Positions 12,801 through 26,528 of a stretch of 64,000 nucleotides of DNA are shown here, piece by piece (positions within the stretch are counted from its first letter, which is position 1; each line of letters begins with the position of its first letter). This DNA comes from Octopus sinensis (taxonomy: Eukaryota). The notes beneath the pieces are model-generated. The model saw only the letters and a list, made by a program, of their open reading frames with translations, was not told the origin of the DNA and searched no databases. The stretch is from NCBI RefSeq assembly GCF_006345805.1, contig NC_043000.1, positions 70,370,001 to 70,434,000 of the forward strand. The letters run 5' to 3'. The position numbers and the translations under genes were made by a program.

Positions 12801-15329
12801 TATAAAAGACCTGATTTCTAGGAGTTTGATATTCTACTTGACTTAACTCTACAAATACAGGATAACACCGTTATTTAAGAGGGAACTAAAGATGTATTGC
12901 TAAATAGCTAAGTGATGGGTGTAATTAAACATATTAAGAAGACATCAAGTGTATAAACACAAAAACCAGCCTAAAGTGTAGACATTGAGATTTTGAAAGA
13001 CGTTTACAGTTATAGATTCTAATGCAAAACTACTTTATTATCATAGTTGAATTAATATGCATTTGCAATGACTTGCTTGAAAAGTATTAAAAACTAATGT
13101 AGTGTATTTTTAATTTAGTCTGATCATTTATTGAAACCCATACGATACTTAGAAGTGTACAAACAAGTAGTCAAAATAATTTTTAAGACTGGAATTTGAC
13201 TCATAAGATGCAAAGCAATGACTGCTGACATTTTCGCTAAACTAAAATAATTCATCATTACATATTTAAAGAATGTGACTTTATATTGAGCAACATATAA
13301 AGTGATCACGTTTCCAAGTCATTCTTCTATTATAAATATTTGCAATAGACTGGAGAGGAATCTAACGACTCTCTTCGCTCGTTCTTACTATGATTCTTAT
13401 AAATCAGTCAAGCGCGAATGTTATAAATTGATTCAGAAATGCAATTCTAATATTCTCAGAGATCTAAATTAATGATAGTATGATTTTATGTAATTTTAAA
13501 ATCTTTATTTCATTCGATGACTAACATAAAAGGACAATCTCTTCATTTAATATACACACTTCTCTTCAGAGACAAGGAGTGAGCGATCAAATAAAGTTTA
13601 AAGATATAATCGTTCTCTTGACCAATCATTTTGGTAAATGTTTCGTTTATACAATGCTTCATAAATACGTTTTCCTTTCAAGTTTATGATATGAAAATTT
13701 CAATATTTTCTGCGTGACTGAACACTCAAACATAGAAACTTTATGAAATTAGTTTTATCTAAAATGACATTCATAGTTACAGTTGCCTTTTACCTGGACT
13801 TTGTTGAAATATCATCACTTTGTTACTCAGAACACTGAGCAGAAATCACATCGCGTCCAGGCGGCTTAGCCGGCTATGCGACGCTCAGTTTCAGTTAGAC
13901 AATCGGATTTCCCTAGACCGAACCGATTACAAGTCGGCCGTTTCTGCACGTCATAGCAGCTACCGACTAACATACGAGCGAGCTTCAAACCATGAAGCTC
14001 TAAGTTGTCGTGTCATATTGTTCGCATCCAATGCTATTAATAGGGTAGCCTCTGACGTGAGAGGAAGCCACATAAATTGGATGCGCCGCTACACCATTCT
14101 CCATCCATCTGCAACCGCCAACAATGAGAAGCAGCCAGGCGACATCTGCACAATAACAACTACACCACAAACACAACATTAAATACACAAAGACAATTCT
14201 AGAAAGTGATTCTGGAGCACAAAGCCCGTCACCATGACAACGACCATACATCTTGCTGTCGTATTTGATGCTAACGCTCCAGTATGCGCTTATTCAATGC
14301 TTTCTGTACAGTGTTGTTCTTACACTTGATACAAGGCAGTGAAAGCAGTGCTACATCAGGAAAACTACTTACGAATTATGATTCTTCTGTAGTGATAGGT
14401 TAATGCTTAGGAGAATATAACGAATGCGCTACAGATTTGACCTTATAAGATTTTAAAATATCATATATGATGATAATTTCATATAAGAAAACTATGGACG
14501 ACATTAATACCACAGAAGCTAGAGATACAACTATAGAACGAAAATCCTGACTTCATTGAAATCTTCCGTAATTCAGTTGTTTTAGTTCTTAAACACTCCT
14601 CAAGAATATGATTATATTGATGTTTTTTTTTTCTTTTTAAAACTACTTTTTTTTCAAATAATCTCAGCCATCTTAATACGCCTCCTTGAAGAACTACTTT
14701 TATGTGAAGACATTTCTTTACATAAATCTATACTTTGAAGATTTCATTCTTCAGGGAAAATTTTAATATTTTGAAATAGGTCTTATAGATGAATCATACA
14801 AATACCTGCAGTCAATAGTAACAGGCGTTGTGACTTCCTTTTGAAGGATTTCTTTTGAACTAGACGCAACGTCAGATTTTGTTAGAGAGAAAATATAGTC
14901 ACTGCTTTTAGATATTTTTCGTTACAACAAAACTAATTATTTTAAAGGAGGACTTCATTGATTGATTCAACAAAACACATGACTCCAGAAATTTGGAGAA
15001 CAAAGCTGGCCCAGGGATGAATTGAACTCTTAATGTAGAGGGATGAAACTAAATACATAGTTAGCTTAATATTAAGTTCTTCATCGAAGCCAAGCACATG
15101 AAAATTAAATTTTCGTGTTTTTACCTTTCATCTAATTAGATAAAATAAGTTTAATGTAACACTAATTGAGTAATATCTTAAAATTAATACTAAATAGGAA
15201 GTCAGCTGTTTTGCGAATTTCATGAAGAGAAATGTGAGAAAATAATTGTACTGTAAATTCATTTCGAAGATAGTTGATAAGATTCTCAATAAAATAAAAT
15301 TAGACTTTTAAAACATATTCCATCACACT

Positions 15330-16528
15330 CCAGGGGGAGAAACTAAAAGTAGTTGATAGTTTCCGCTACCTGGGTGACCAAGTTAGTAGTGGAGGTGGAT
15401 GCTCAGAGAGTGTCACCACTAGAATACGAATAGCCTGGGCAAAGTTCAGAAAGCTCCCACCCCTACTGGCGACAAAGGGTCTCTCGCTCAAAGTGAAAGT
15501 TAGATTGTATGACTCATGTGTGCGAACTGCCATGCTTCACGGTAGTGAAACATGGGCTGTGACTGCAGGGGACATGCGTAGACTTGAAAGGAATGAAGCT
15601 AGCATGATCCGCTGGATGTGTAATGTCAGTGTGCGCGCACGACAGAGGGTAAGCACCCTGAGAGAAATGCTGGACATATGAAGCATCAGATGTGGTGTGC
15701 AAGAGCGACGCTTGCGATGGTATGGTCATGTACTGCGGATGGATGAGGAGAGATGTGTGAAGAAGTGCCACTCCCAAACAGTTGAAGGTATCAGGGGGAG
15801 AGGTAGACCCAGGAAGACATGGGATGAGATAGTCAAGCATGACCTCAGAGCGTTGGGCCTCACTGAGGCAATGGCGAAGGACCGAGATCTCTGGAGATAT
15901 GCTGTGACTGCAAAGACCCGGGCTGCTTCCTGCACCAGTTCCGCATAGCCCCTGCCCATTGAAAGTACCTTGGATTCCAGGACATCCCGCTGTGCTTGAG
16001 GAGACCTGTTGAGTCAAGTACATGAACATCGAAATAAATATCAATGGAAATAGTAGTTGTGATACGTGTGCCGGTGACACATAAAAAGCACCATCCGAAC
16101 GTGGCCGTTGCCAGCGCCGCCTCGACTGGCTTCTGTGCCGGTGGCACATAAAAAGCACCATCCGAACGTGGCCGATGCCAGCGCCGCCTCGACTGGCTTC
16201 TGTGCCGGTGGCACATAAAAAGCACCATCCGAACTTGACCGATGCCAGCGCCGCCTTGGCTGGCTTCCGTGCCGGTGGAACGTTAAAAGCACCAACCGAT
16301 CGTGGCCGATGCCAGGCTCCCCTGGCACCTGTGCAGGTGACACGTAAAAAGCACCCACTACACTCGCGGAGTGGTTGGCGTTAGGAAGGGCATCCAGCTG
16401 TAGAAACACTGCCAGATCAGACTGGAGCCTGGTGCAGCCCCTGGCTTCCCAGACCCCGGTCGAACCGTCCAACCCGTGCTAGCGCGGAAAACAGACGTTA
16501 AACGATGATGATGATGATGATGATGATG
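15330..16528 (+). mobile_element. 5'-truncated RTE-clade LINE with long 3' UTR and (GAT)n tail
   Basis: VVDSFRYLG, RIRIAWAKFR, LYDSCVRTAMLHGSETW, RRLRWYGHVLRM, RGRGRPRKTW, DRDLWR; ends gatgatgatgat at about 16503-16527. Confidence 0.92.
16068..16357 (+). repeat. 67-bp tandem repeat (about 4.3 units) inside the RTE 3' UTR
   Basis: Unit gtgccggtggcacataaaaagcaccatccgaacgtggccgatgccagcgccgcctcgactggcttct starts at 16068, 16135, 16202, 16269 and (partial) about 16331. Confidence 0.95.
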
Positions 16529-17369
16529 TTAATATCTAAAGGTACTGGTTTGTCTTCACTTCGTCAACAAACAACCATAACTTATGTTCCAGCATCATTG
16601 TTAGATTCCTCGTGGGTGTTTGGTAAAGGTAAAATTATATATAATTCTCTTATTGATATTTCATGAGAGGGCTTGCTAACATCAGGTGTTATCAAACAAC
16701 TTACTGGTATTGTGCGTAAATTAAAACAGTAACTCTTAATTTCATTGCATCATCAATTATTTTACAAAAGCAATCAAAACATCGAGAAAATTCAGTAACA
16801 TAAAGTAGGAGGATGCACATTTTTGGGGAATTTAAAATGATAAAAATTAAATATTTTGGTTTAGTATATAGATAGATATAGTAACTGCTGTATTGTTAGT
16901 ATCAGCAATAGATGTACTCTGTTAGTGTTTATTGCGTTTTGACTGATATTCTCAATGATTCGATTTATGAATCGTTTAATCTATTTGTTCCTTTTAGACA
17001 TTAATCTCAAAGAAATATAACTGAATCCTTTTGTGTGGTAGCTCATTAAACAGTACACCTGTTAATAAAACAACCGCATTTGCTTTAAACCGCATGCTAT
17101 ACATATACAATGACACTTTCTATAAACTCTCTTTGTTCCATTTCGCCAAATTGTGAACAGTGCAACCAAAAATGCGAAAAACTACACGATCGGACCAACC
17201 AGAAAACACAGCCAGTACAAGCGATTTCCTTACTATCATTTTCAGTCGGTATGATGACTCTTGTCTTCATTAAATTATTCAATTATTCTCTGTGTTGTTC
17301 AATCTCAATCAATGGAAACGTGTGACACTGCTCTATTCACAATAAAAATATAATCAACTTCTTTAACCC

Positions 17370-18420
17370 TCCTAACTACAATCCTTCCGCTCTTACTCCC
17401 AGCATCTCAAAAGTGAGTGAAACAGTCGTAAAACGACTTTCTTTACAAATTTATAAATTTCTTCTTTTTCGAAGATCACCGATCCAGTTTCTATAGGGAC
17501 AGATCTCTCGAGATTTCACTCATCTGTCGATAACTACAACGAAAATAATGTTGTTGCCTTTGACGTCAGTGAAGTCTTTCATTGGTTGGCATAAGAATAA
17601 TGTAGTTTACTTCTCTGTAGATTCTATCCGTCTCATATGCCTAACACCAGGAGTCTCATGTCAAACTGATTCATCCCTAACCTACAATCTTTAAGTTTTT
17701 CGAATTTCGGTTATTCTCTAACACTCTTTCCTCTATAAATACTTCTAACAAATCGCAATCCTACACAGAAAAATAACACCCTTGACTCCACTTTGACCTT
17801 CTGATACAAGTGTCATCTCAATGCAATTTAGATATCTCAAATCAAACTGTTTCATCAAGTCGTGATCTCGAAATCAACTTCCCATCAGGACATAACAAGA
17901 GAACCGAAAACAATAATCATGTGTGTGTGAGAGAAGCTAGTTTCCTTCACTACATGGCCATAAATGACACACAAAGCCCTCAAATTTGCTACTGTTTTAC
18001 AAGTAAGTATTTTAAATTATATCCAAAAAATTATATCAGCTGACTGATACATATACAACCACTGGTTCACTAACAAGTAACAACTACTCACAATTCCTCT
18101 TTCTTCTCTTTGTCTCTTCTACTGTTATTATAATGACCTCTACTCCTTTGATTCAAGCTGTGCAAACCACCTCTGCTCTAGCACATGCGATACACCTCTT
18201 TTTCATCTTCTCATTACCTCTGCTATATCTCACCATACTGCTCCCTAGTTGTATACTCAGCACTTTTCTCGATCCTTCCTTTCCAGAACAGTAATCTTCT
18301 GATAATCCGTCTTGTTTTTACATTGATCTACAAAGCTCAAATCGGAAACCAATCACATTGATCTCATCAGTTTGGGAAGATACTAGACACTAGACTTTTC
18401 CTCTGATTAATTAATAAAAC
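17370..18420 (+). mobile_element. Very old LINE RT fossil
   Basis: Hand translation gives NYNPSALTPSISKVSETVV (pre-RT NYRPI-like) and VAFDVSEVF (DxSKAFD-like). The rest is not readable. Confidence 0.45.
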
Positions 18421-19429
18421 GCCATGTTGACAAACTTTTATATTCTATAACTTTGTTGACTCTTAACGACCGACACAATAGAAGATAGTCCGGTTACCGA
18501 TTATTAAATATATCCTTTTTAACATGCAAGGATTAAACCATTCACCATTAAACTATCTTATGTCTATATTTAATATCTAATAAGATTTTCTTCGGTGTTT
18601 GATGTCGATCTAATACTGTTATCTTTTAAGCTTCTACTTTAATGATTACATCAATATTTCCTCTCCACTTATTTAAATGTCTAAATTACACATAACCACT
18701 TAAAAAAGCGAAAGTAAATATCATTAAAAACTTAAAGTATCCACTTCATGTTTTCATTCTTTTTTATTATTGAACATGATCATTTCGTGTTGTAGTTCTT
18801 TTTTTTTTTTTTTTTTTTTCTTTTCATGGGCTTTGGGAAGAAATGTTACCGAAGGAAAACCAGGAATAAAATCAAAACATGTTTGTTGAAACTTGGCATA
18901 CGTAAAGTTTGAAACAAAAGTATCAGTAAATCCATTAAAACAATATGGTGCCTTAGCAAAACACTTTTGAATTAATTTGTACGATTTTATATCCTTCAGA
19001 TTTGCATAATTTGGGTGCCTATAAGCGGGATATGTTTACCAGTTAATATTTTACTTAAATGTAGAAAATAAAATGCTCAAAACCTAGTAGAAAATTTCTG
19101 ACTGTGACATGTTATCTCAAACTACAGATCTATGTAACTACATTTTCTTGCTGTAAATAAGAGGTTTCATTAGTATATAACCTGCAACTATAATTTGTTT
19201 TACTATAATTTCAAGATGAGTCTGTTAGAATTTTCCCAAGACTTTACACAGATTTTATGGGGGAAAAGCATCAACTTCAGCACTATAATATATTGAGTTA
19301 ATTTCCTTTAATTATAAGATTCCAGTATCCAATATCCAGGGTTTCCTCGCTCCAAAAGGAGGAATCCATCCCTGAACTCCCTCCACCGTTGTCTATCACT
19401 GGCCAGTTGTGGCTATTTAGGCCCCCAGG

Positions 19430-20590
19430 AAGCGGTGACGGGCAAAAACCTGACAGCTGAGCTACTGCAGATACGTGAACTGGAAGCAAAGGACATAGAC
19501 TACAAGAAATGTAATACCTTGTTGAAGAAGGAAGGAGGGTGGCTAAGGCTGACACCCACCAAGGAAGTGACAGAGAATAAAGAAAGAAACATCATTACCT
19601 TTAGAACGATGAATATAGCGACAAGGAAGGTGGAAATAGCGACCGTGGAAGCGATACAGGAATGCTTAAAGGAAGTAAAAGAAGTAACTACATTCTATAC
19701 CAGAAGACGAGAGTTCGGCACGGTGGCGGTACGCTTCGTTAATGAGAACGAAGCAAAGAAATACTCCACCATAGCCTTGAAATCGGCACAGTTGGCACTC
19801 TTACCTGATTACTGTGACAGACGTGCGACCAGAGTGAGGATAGGGAGGTGCCACCTGAAATTGATGAGTACTGGCTTGTGGCAGCCATCCTCTTCCTGAC
19901 CTCCACAAATTGTGGAAGAAATAATACTACCCGATGAAACCAGACTGAGAATCATGGTGGAGGGTAGACCGCCAATATGCTTCGAATGTGGAGTAAGGGG
20001 GCACATGAAGGCAAAGTGTCCCCAGAAACACGAACAGGAGGTGGTGGAGAAGGAGTGTCAGAAAGAAGTAAATGTAATAGCAGAGGAGGAAGTAGAGATC
20101 ACTGAGGTAGAGAAGAATAGAGGAAGTAGTGAATCTCCACCGAAAAAGAAAAGAAATGCGGAGAAAAAGGAAAAAAGAAAAAATGAAGCAACGGGGGATC
20201 GAACACAAGGGCAGAGTCTTCAACAAGTAAGGAGGAGGAGGGACGGGAGAAACTTGTAGATGAGCAACAAATAGAGATAGAAACACCGGCAATAAGGGCA
20301 GAGAGTGAAGAGAGAAGGCTACGTAAAGGGAAACACGAAAGAATGGTGTACGAGAAGAGTGTAGACATAAAAAAACGAATTGCAAAAATGAAAGGCGTAA
20401 TAAGACTAAAACTGGCAGACAAGGGAGAGAATCGAAATATGAAAGCAGTGTTGCTAGATGACGAGAAAGCAGCAAGACTGAAAGAGATATTTGGAAGTGG
20501 GATGGATAACACATCACTGCGGTTTCAATATGATGAATTACCACCAGTGATAAATTTTGAAGATCTAATAGCCTTTTTAATATAAAATCG
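19430..20590 (+). mobile_element. LINE ORF1 (gag-like) remnant with CCHC zinc knuckle and Lys/Glu-rich tail; no ORF2 follows
   Basis: ORFs 19435-19899, 19912-20259 and 20343-20585; CFECGVRGHMKAKC fits C-X2-C-X4-H-X4-C. Confidence 0.75.
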
Positions 20591-20761
20591 ATACAAACTG
20601 GATTGTAAAAACAGTAAAATGGAACTTTCTACTTTTTTTGTGGGGGGGGGGGTAGAAAGCCATTTCATTACCATAATTTTTCACACCTCATAATTCATTC
20701 GTTAATCGTTGTATGTACTCCACGTTTGTGTTGTCTGTACTTGTGATGTCCCTTATATATA

Positions 20762-21544
20762 CGAGGGACGTTCAATAAGTAATGCCCCTGACCCACTTGC
20801 AGTTGATCTAGCTGAAATTTTGCATGTGCAATTATTCATATCTCTATAGATTAAGTGGGAAATTACAGCTCTGAACTAATTGTGGTTTCTGATTTACAGG
20901 TGTTTGAACTGAGTCAAGTGTGAAATGGAGCCTGTTCAGTGTCGAGCAGTGATCCGGTTTTTGTATTTGAAAGGACGCACACCACGGGAGACGTTTGATG
21001 AAATGAAAGTAACTTATGGTGATGATGCCCCATCATATGACCTTGTAAAACGCTGGCATTGTGAATTCAAACATAGTCGGAACTCTGTGGAAACAGCTCC
21101 CAGATCTGGTCGCCTCCTTCTGCCATTGATGAGACATCTGTCTGTCAAGTGGAGGCTGCCATTTTGGAAGATCGATGCATAACTATTCACCAAATAGCCC
21201 ATGAGGTCAAGATTAGTACCGGGTCTGTGGAAAATATCCTCCCCCATCCCCCTACTCTCCTGACCTTGCACCCTCTGATTTTCACCTCTTCCCAGCCATG
21301 AAGTTGTTTTTAAAAGGAAAGCGTTTCCTAGATGATGCAGCCTTGATTTCTGAAGTCACGTCGTGGCTGAAGGACCAAGCTGGGGTCTTCTACAAAAACG
21401 GTCTCCAGAGCTGCATCAAACGATGGGAGAAATGCGTAACTCTGGGTGTTTTCTATGTAGAAAATGTGTAATAACTGTGCCAAGTTTCTTTGCTCTACTG
21501 CTATGGGAAGTGAGTCAGGGGCATTACTTATTGAACGCCCCTCG
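20762..21544 (+). mobile_element. Internally deleted mariner element
   Basis: TIRs cgagggacgttcaataagtaatgcccctgac / gtcaggggcattacttattgaacgcccctcg with TA flanks. N-terminus MEPVQCRAVIRFLYLKG..VKRW..PRSGR and C-terminus PHPPYSPDLAPSDFHLF; central catalytic region deleted. Confidence 0.95.
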
Positions 21545-21708
21545 TATATAAGGCTTTATGCCTAAAGAAAAAGAAGAGAGTGCGTGTAGACTGGCTGTTG
21601 TGTCTTGATTTCGCTCACATGTGAGTTGCTGTTTTGTTAATTTGAATTACAGAATTGTTGAATATTTTGTTTGAATTTGTGATTTTTTTAATCTGTTGAA
21701 AATTTTAT

Positions 21709-22460
21709 TTGGCTTCCCCATTTATGGGTGAAGCGGTGGATAATGGAATTATGAATACGCCTGTTCAAACAGGAAGTTATGCTGCGGTGACGGACAAAAA
21801 CCTGACAGCTGAGCTACTGCAGATACGTGAACTGGAAGCAAAGGACATAGAATACAAGAAGTTTAATGCCTTGTTGAAGAAGGAAGGAGGATGCCTGGGG
21901 CTGACACCTCCGAAGAAGGTGACGGAGAATGCAGGAGGGAAAATCATTACCTATGGAACGATGAATGTAGCGACAGGGAAGGTGGTGATGGCGGCCGTGG
22001 AAGCGATGGAAGAGTGCTTAAAGGAGGTGAAAGGAATAACTACGTTCTGTACCAGAAGACGAAAGTTCGGTACGTTGAAGGTGCACTTCGTCAGTGAGAG
22101 CGAAGCAAAGAAGTGATCCACCGTAGTATTGAAATCGGCACAGTGGGCACTGTTACCTATTTGCTGTGGCGGACGTGCATCCGGAGTGAGGATGGGGAGA
22201 GTGCCACCCGAAATTGACGAGGACTGGTTTGTGGCAGCCGTCCTCTATAATACAGAGTAGGAGGTATAGATCCTGAAAATGTCGAGGACCGCGGAGGTTG
22301 GCTGGTGGGGATGTGGCCTGGAGGTGATGGTGCATATCAGCCTGCTTGACCTCCACAAGATTGTAGAGGAGGTCATCCTACCAGATGGAACCAGATTGAG
22401 AGTCATGGTGGTGAGTGGGTCGCCAGTATGTTTCGAATGTGGAGTGGGGGGGCACAAAAT
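21709..22460 (+). mobile_element. Second copy of the gag-like ORF1, 3'-truncated just after the zinc knuckle
   Basis: KNLTAELLQIRELEAKDI is shared with 19435-19899; ends VCFECGVGGH. Contains a segment (about 22255-22345) that is missing from the first copy. Confidence 0.75.
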
Positions 22461-22657
22461 ACGAATGAGGTTCATCACCTTCCCCTGCCCATCAGCACGT
22501 GTCGTCAAGTAATATACTACAAGAAAAAACTGTAGTTTGTTATCAGGGAGAAATTTTGAATTCGGCGGTACTAACACTGAATATGATCTGTCTGATACCG
22601 TTAGGTGGAGAGATATATTCAATTCTTCCGGTGCCTTCGAATTTAATATTTAATATT

Positions 22658-22754
22658 GTTGGAGTTCCATGCTGATGAACGAAAATGGTTGGGTAAAGTA
22701 TAATTCTATATTCTTTATACCGATCTAATTCCGAAACGCGCGTATGTGGCCGAC
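22658..22754 (+). ncRNA. Type I hammerhead ribozyme motif (PLE-type), long partly decayed stem II
   Basis: Stem I ccatg/tgtgg, extended by gttgg/ccgac; CTGATGA 22672-22678; GAAA 22733-22736; stem III AC-gcgc-GT; predicted cleavage after GUA at 22744. Stem II has several mismatches and a 2-nt insert. Confidence 0.75.
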
Positions 22755-22930
22755 CAGATATGGATTGATTTTCATTATTTTTCCTCTCTGCCTGCGTAGA
22801 TTGTTTTCAAGTATTTTGGTTTTTCTGGGAGTCCCTTTTTAAAGTAGAAGAAATAGCTAAGGTCTGTTGGCTGCTATTTCTAAACTTCGGTATGTGGTAA
22901 AGCAAATCTTTGCTGAACCCTAATTATAAA

Positions 22931-23170
<240 letters not shown>

Positions 23171-23308
23171 GAGGGCATAATTATACATACATGCCAGGAG
23201 GCATTATATATACTTGCCAAACGCTAAGAGGGACAATCAGTCATTTCTACCAAAAATATTACTAATCCCACCGAATGCAATTTTTCAAAGTAAGACATTT
23301 AAAAATAT

Positions 23309-23356
23309 AGGCCTGTATCACAGTGATTTCATACTTACGTAATCATCAGCAGGCCT
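23309..23356 (-). ncRNA. Minimal type I hammerhead ribozyme motif
   Basis: Minus strand: aggcctg-CTGATGA-t-tac-gtaa-gta-t-GAAA-tcac-t-gtgat-A-caggcct. Perfect 7-bp stem I, intact core, AUA triplet, stem III with a 1-nt loop. Confidence 0.8.
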
Positions 23357-23549
23357 GAATGTATTATAAATAAACAACGACCCTGCCTCGCTTAAGCCGA
23401 ACAGCTAACTGATCAACATCAACGAAGCACATGGGTGAGTTTATATATATTACATCCGGGTGAATGGCAAACTTTTACAAAATTGCATTTCGGGAGAGGA
23501 AAAGTTTTTTCGGAATAATTGCAAAATTTTTATATATATATATTATATA

Positions 23550-23588
<39 letters not shown>

Positions 23589-23630
23589 TATATATATTGC
23601 AAAATTTTTATATATATATATATATATATA

Positions 23631-23711
<81 letters not shown>

Positions 23712-23712
23712 G

Positions 23713-23758
<46 letters not shown>

Positions 23759-26491
23759 CAGTGGCGTGCGGTGACTTCCGGGGTTGGGCATGCAATGAAT
23801 TTCTTTGCCTCCCCCCACCACGGCAATTTTTCAGTAAAAAAATTTTCGAATTCCTACGATTTACATATGGGAGATTCTGAATATGCAATCACCCCCGTAT
23901 GACCTAGAATAAAAAAAACGTCACCCTGGAACTATTTAAGAAGGGTGGTCCCCTTGCGCGCGCTCGCGCATCCGCGCTGGCTAGTCGTGACTAGTCGATC
24001 CTACGACTATCTAGCAAAGTAAATAAATTTTTTAAACAAAATATATAAAACACAAAAACACAAAGTAAATAATGTTTTAAACAAAGTAAATAAAACACAA
24101 AAACACAAAGTAAGGATCGACTAGTCACGACTAGATGGCGTGGATGCTCGGGTGCGCGCACCGGGACCACTCTTCTTAAATAGTACCCATGAATTTTAAA
24201 TTGTTTGCAATACTCATCAAATTTGTTGAAATTCGAAAGTTCCATGAATTTAAACTCTTCTAAGGATGAATATCGTGCTTTTATTTGGTCAACTATTGCA
24301 CTGATAATTTTGTTATAAAGCATTTTATAATGTCGTTGGGGCTCAATAGATATATTCTTGGATCTCTGAATTCCGATTCCTGCATCGACTCCATATTTTT
24401 CCTCTAACATATAAAAGATTGAAAAATTATCAAGTTTATTTTCGAGTACAGTTCTAGTTTTATCTATTTGCTCTTTACAATACACTATGTCATGACTTTT
24501 ATTCTGGGGGATGTTAAATAGACGCCAGTAAAAGAAAAAATCTCACTGAATACTTCTAACAAAAATAAGAAATCTGGAGCTTTTAAAGTGTGTAAGAATC
24601 CAATTGCTGAATTTATGGTGGTATCATCCCATGCTTCAGGATTTTCAATGATGTGCTCAAAAAGGCTGATTATGAAATTATAATTTTCCTTTGTGGTAAT
24701 AATAAGCCGTGAGGAGTAATTCCATTGCTGTTGCCTTCGGAAATCTTTTTTTTAACAATGTTATCTAATACATTAGCCCTTTTCGGTGATTTCGTAAAAA
24801 ATGTACTCAGTCCGTTTATTGTACAAAAAAATATCTTGCATTCTTTCATAGCAGAGCATGATTGTGAAAGAACTAAATTTAGGATATGGGCACAACAATG
24901 AATAAAAATCGCACATTCGTATTTCTTTCTTACTTTTGCCTGTAACCCATTTAACTGTCCTACCATTGTAGTGGCACCGTTATAGGTTTGTGCAATCAAT
25001 TTGTTTTCACATTTCCACAATTCAATGCATTTAAAAACATGTTCAGATAAAGCATTTGCAGATCGATCTGCACTAACATCACTAAAACCGATAAATCGTT
25101 CTTTCGTCACACAGTCTTCTGTAACATAACGTAAAACTGTTGACAGTTGTGAATATGCTGAGACATCAGATGTCTCATCAACAAAAATAGAAACAAACTT
25201 AGCTTGCTCGATTTCCTTTTGCATCTCATTCAACATAACTTTATGAATTGCATCGATCAAGTCATTTTGAATTCTGTTTGACAGACCGATGAAGATAGAA
25301 GCTGTATCTAGATGACTTTCCATTTTTTGTCATATTTACTGATTACATATAAGAGTTCTTTATAATTTCCACTATTATTAGAGCCTTCAGATTCAAAATG
25401 ACCCCAAAACGATAATTCCTGGAAGCCTAAAAAAATAACAACATCGATCAATCGTTGCAGAATGGATCTGTTTTGTCTGACTTTCTCATTATGATGTTGT
25501 ATGCTTTGATTTTTACATGCATCTAATTGTAAGTCTATGCGAACATTCTCGAATATTTTAAGATCTATCAAATATTTTATATGCCTTTGAGAACGCTTGT
25601 GCTTTAACATAGCCATATGTAAATTATTTAAATCATCATAGCCTTTATCATTCCAAACATTCTTTTCTAAGCAAAAAAGTAAACAAGGCCAACAGATTTA
25701 ATAAGGATAGCACTCCCAGTTAACCATTTTTTCTTTTCATACAAATTAACCTGGAATTGTCTCGTGAATTTCTTGTTGTAGCTTCGCAGATTAGGTAATT
25801 TCGGTGTTGGTCTCCCACCATTTATAATTAATTGTTTTCCATCGAAGTCTCTTTTCGAAAAACTATTTCTCAAAATATCGTTTATAACACACATTTCACT
25901 CATTTTGTAAAAGGCTGTTCTTATATACGAACACACGTGGAAGCGCCGGCGTAAATTGTTAGTCAATTTCAACAAAACGGAATTAATTTAAGATTAATTA
26001 ACTACTTCTGAAATAAGAACTATAATATAGATTATATTTTTGTTTTCAGAACACTCCAAAAATATAATAGTGCAAACAGATGTTTTGGTTAAAAAAATTC
26101 AAACTTACCGCTAAGTTATTCCAACATTTCAGCTGGCTAACTTAAGAATTATGGGACTGCTCTTGTTCCGGTCAGAAATGGAACAAGGTTAGTAACAATT
26201 CTACACTAGCAAAGAGACAGAGAGTGGGTATCATGCGGTCATCTCAAAGCATGACATGCCACTGAGAAAGAAAGGAAGGGGGTACAAAATATTATGAACG
26301 ACCTTTCCTCCTAGCATCTGTTTTATCAAGTCACTAAGAGAGAGAGAGGAAGGAGGGACAAACTAACAAAGAGACAGAGAGGGAGGTCATGCGGGCCTTC
26401 TCAAAGCATGACGAACCACAAAGAGAGAGAGGAAGGGGGTAAAAATATTCCAAATGCCCTATCCTCTTAGCATATCTTTTAAACAAGTCAC

Positions 26492-26528
<37 letters not shown>

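Noticed and set aside
16068-16357. 67-bp repeats as a CRISPR array
   Set aside because: The whole unit repeats with no unique spacers, the context is eukaryotic and there are no cas genes.
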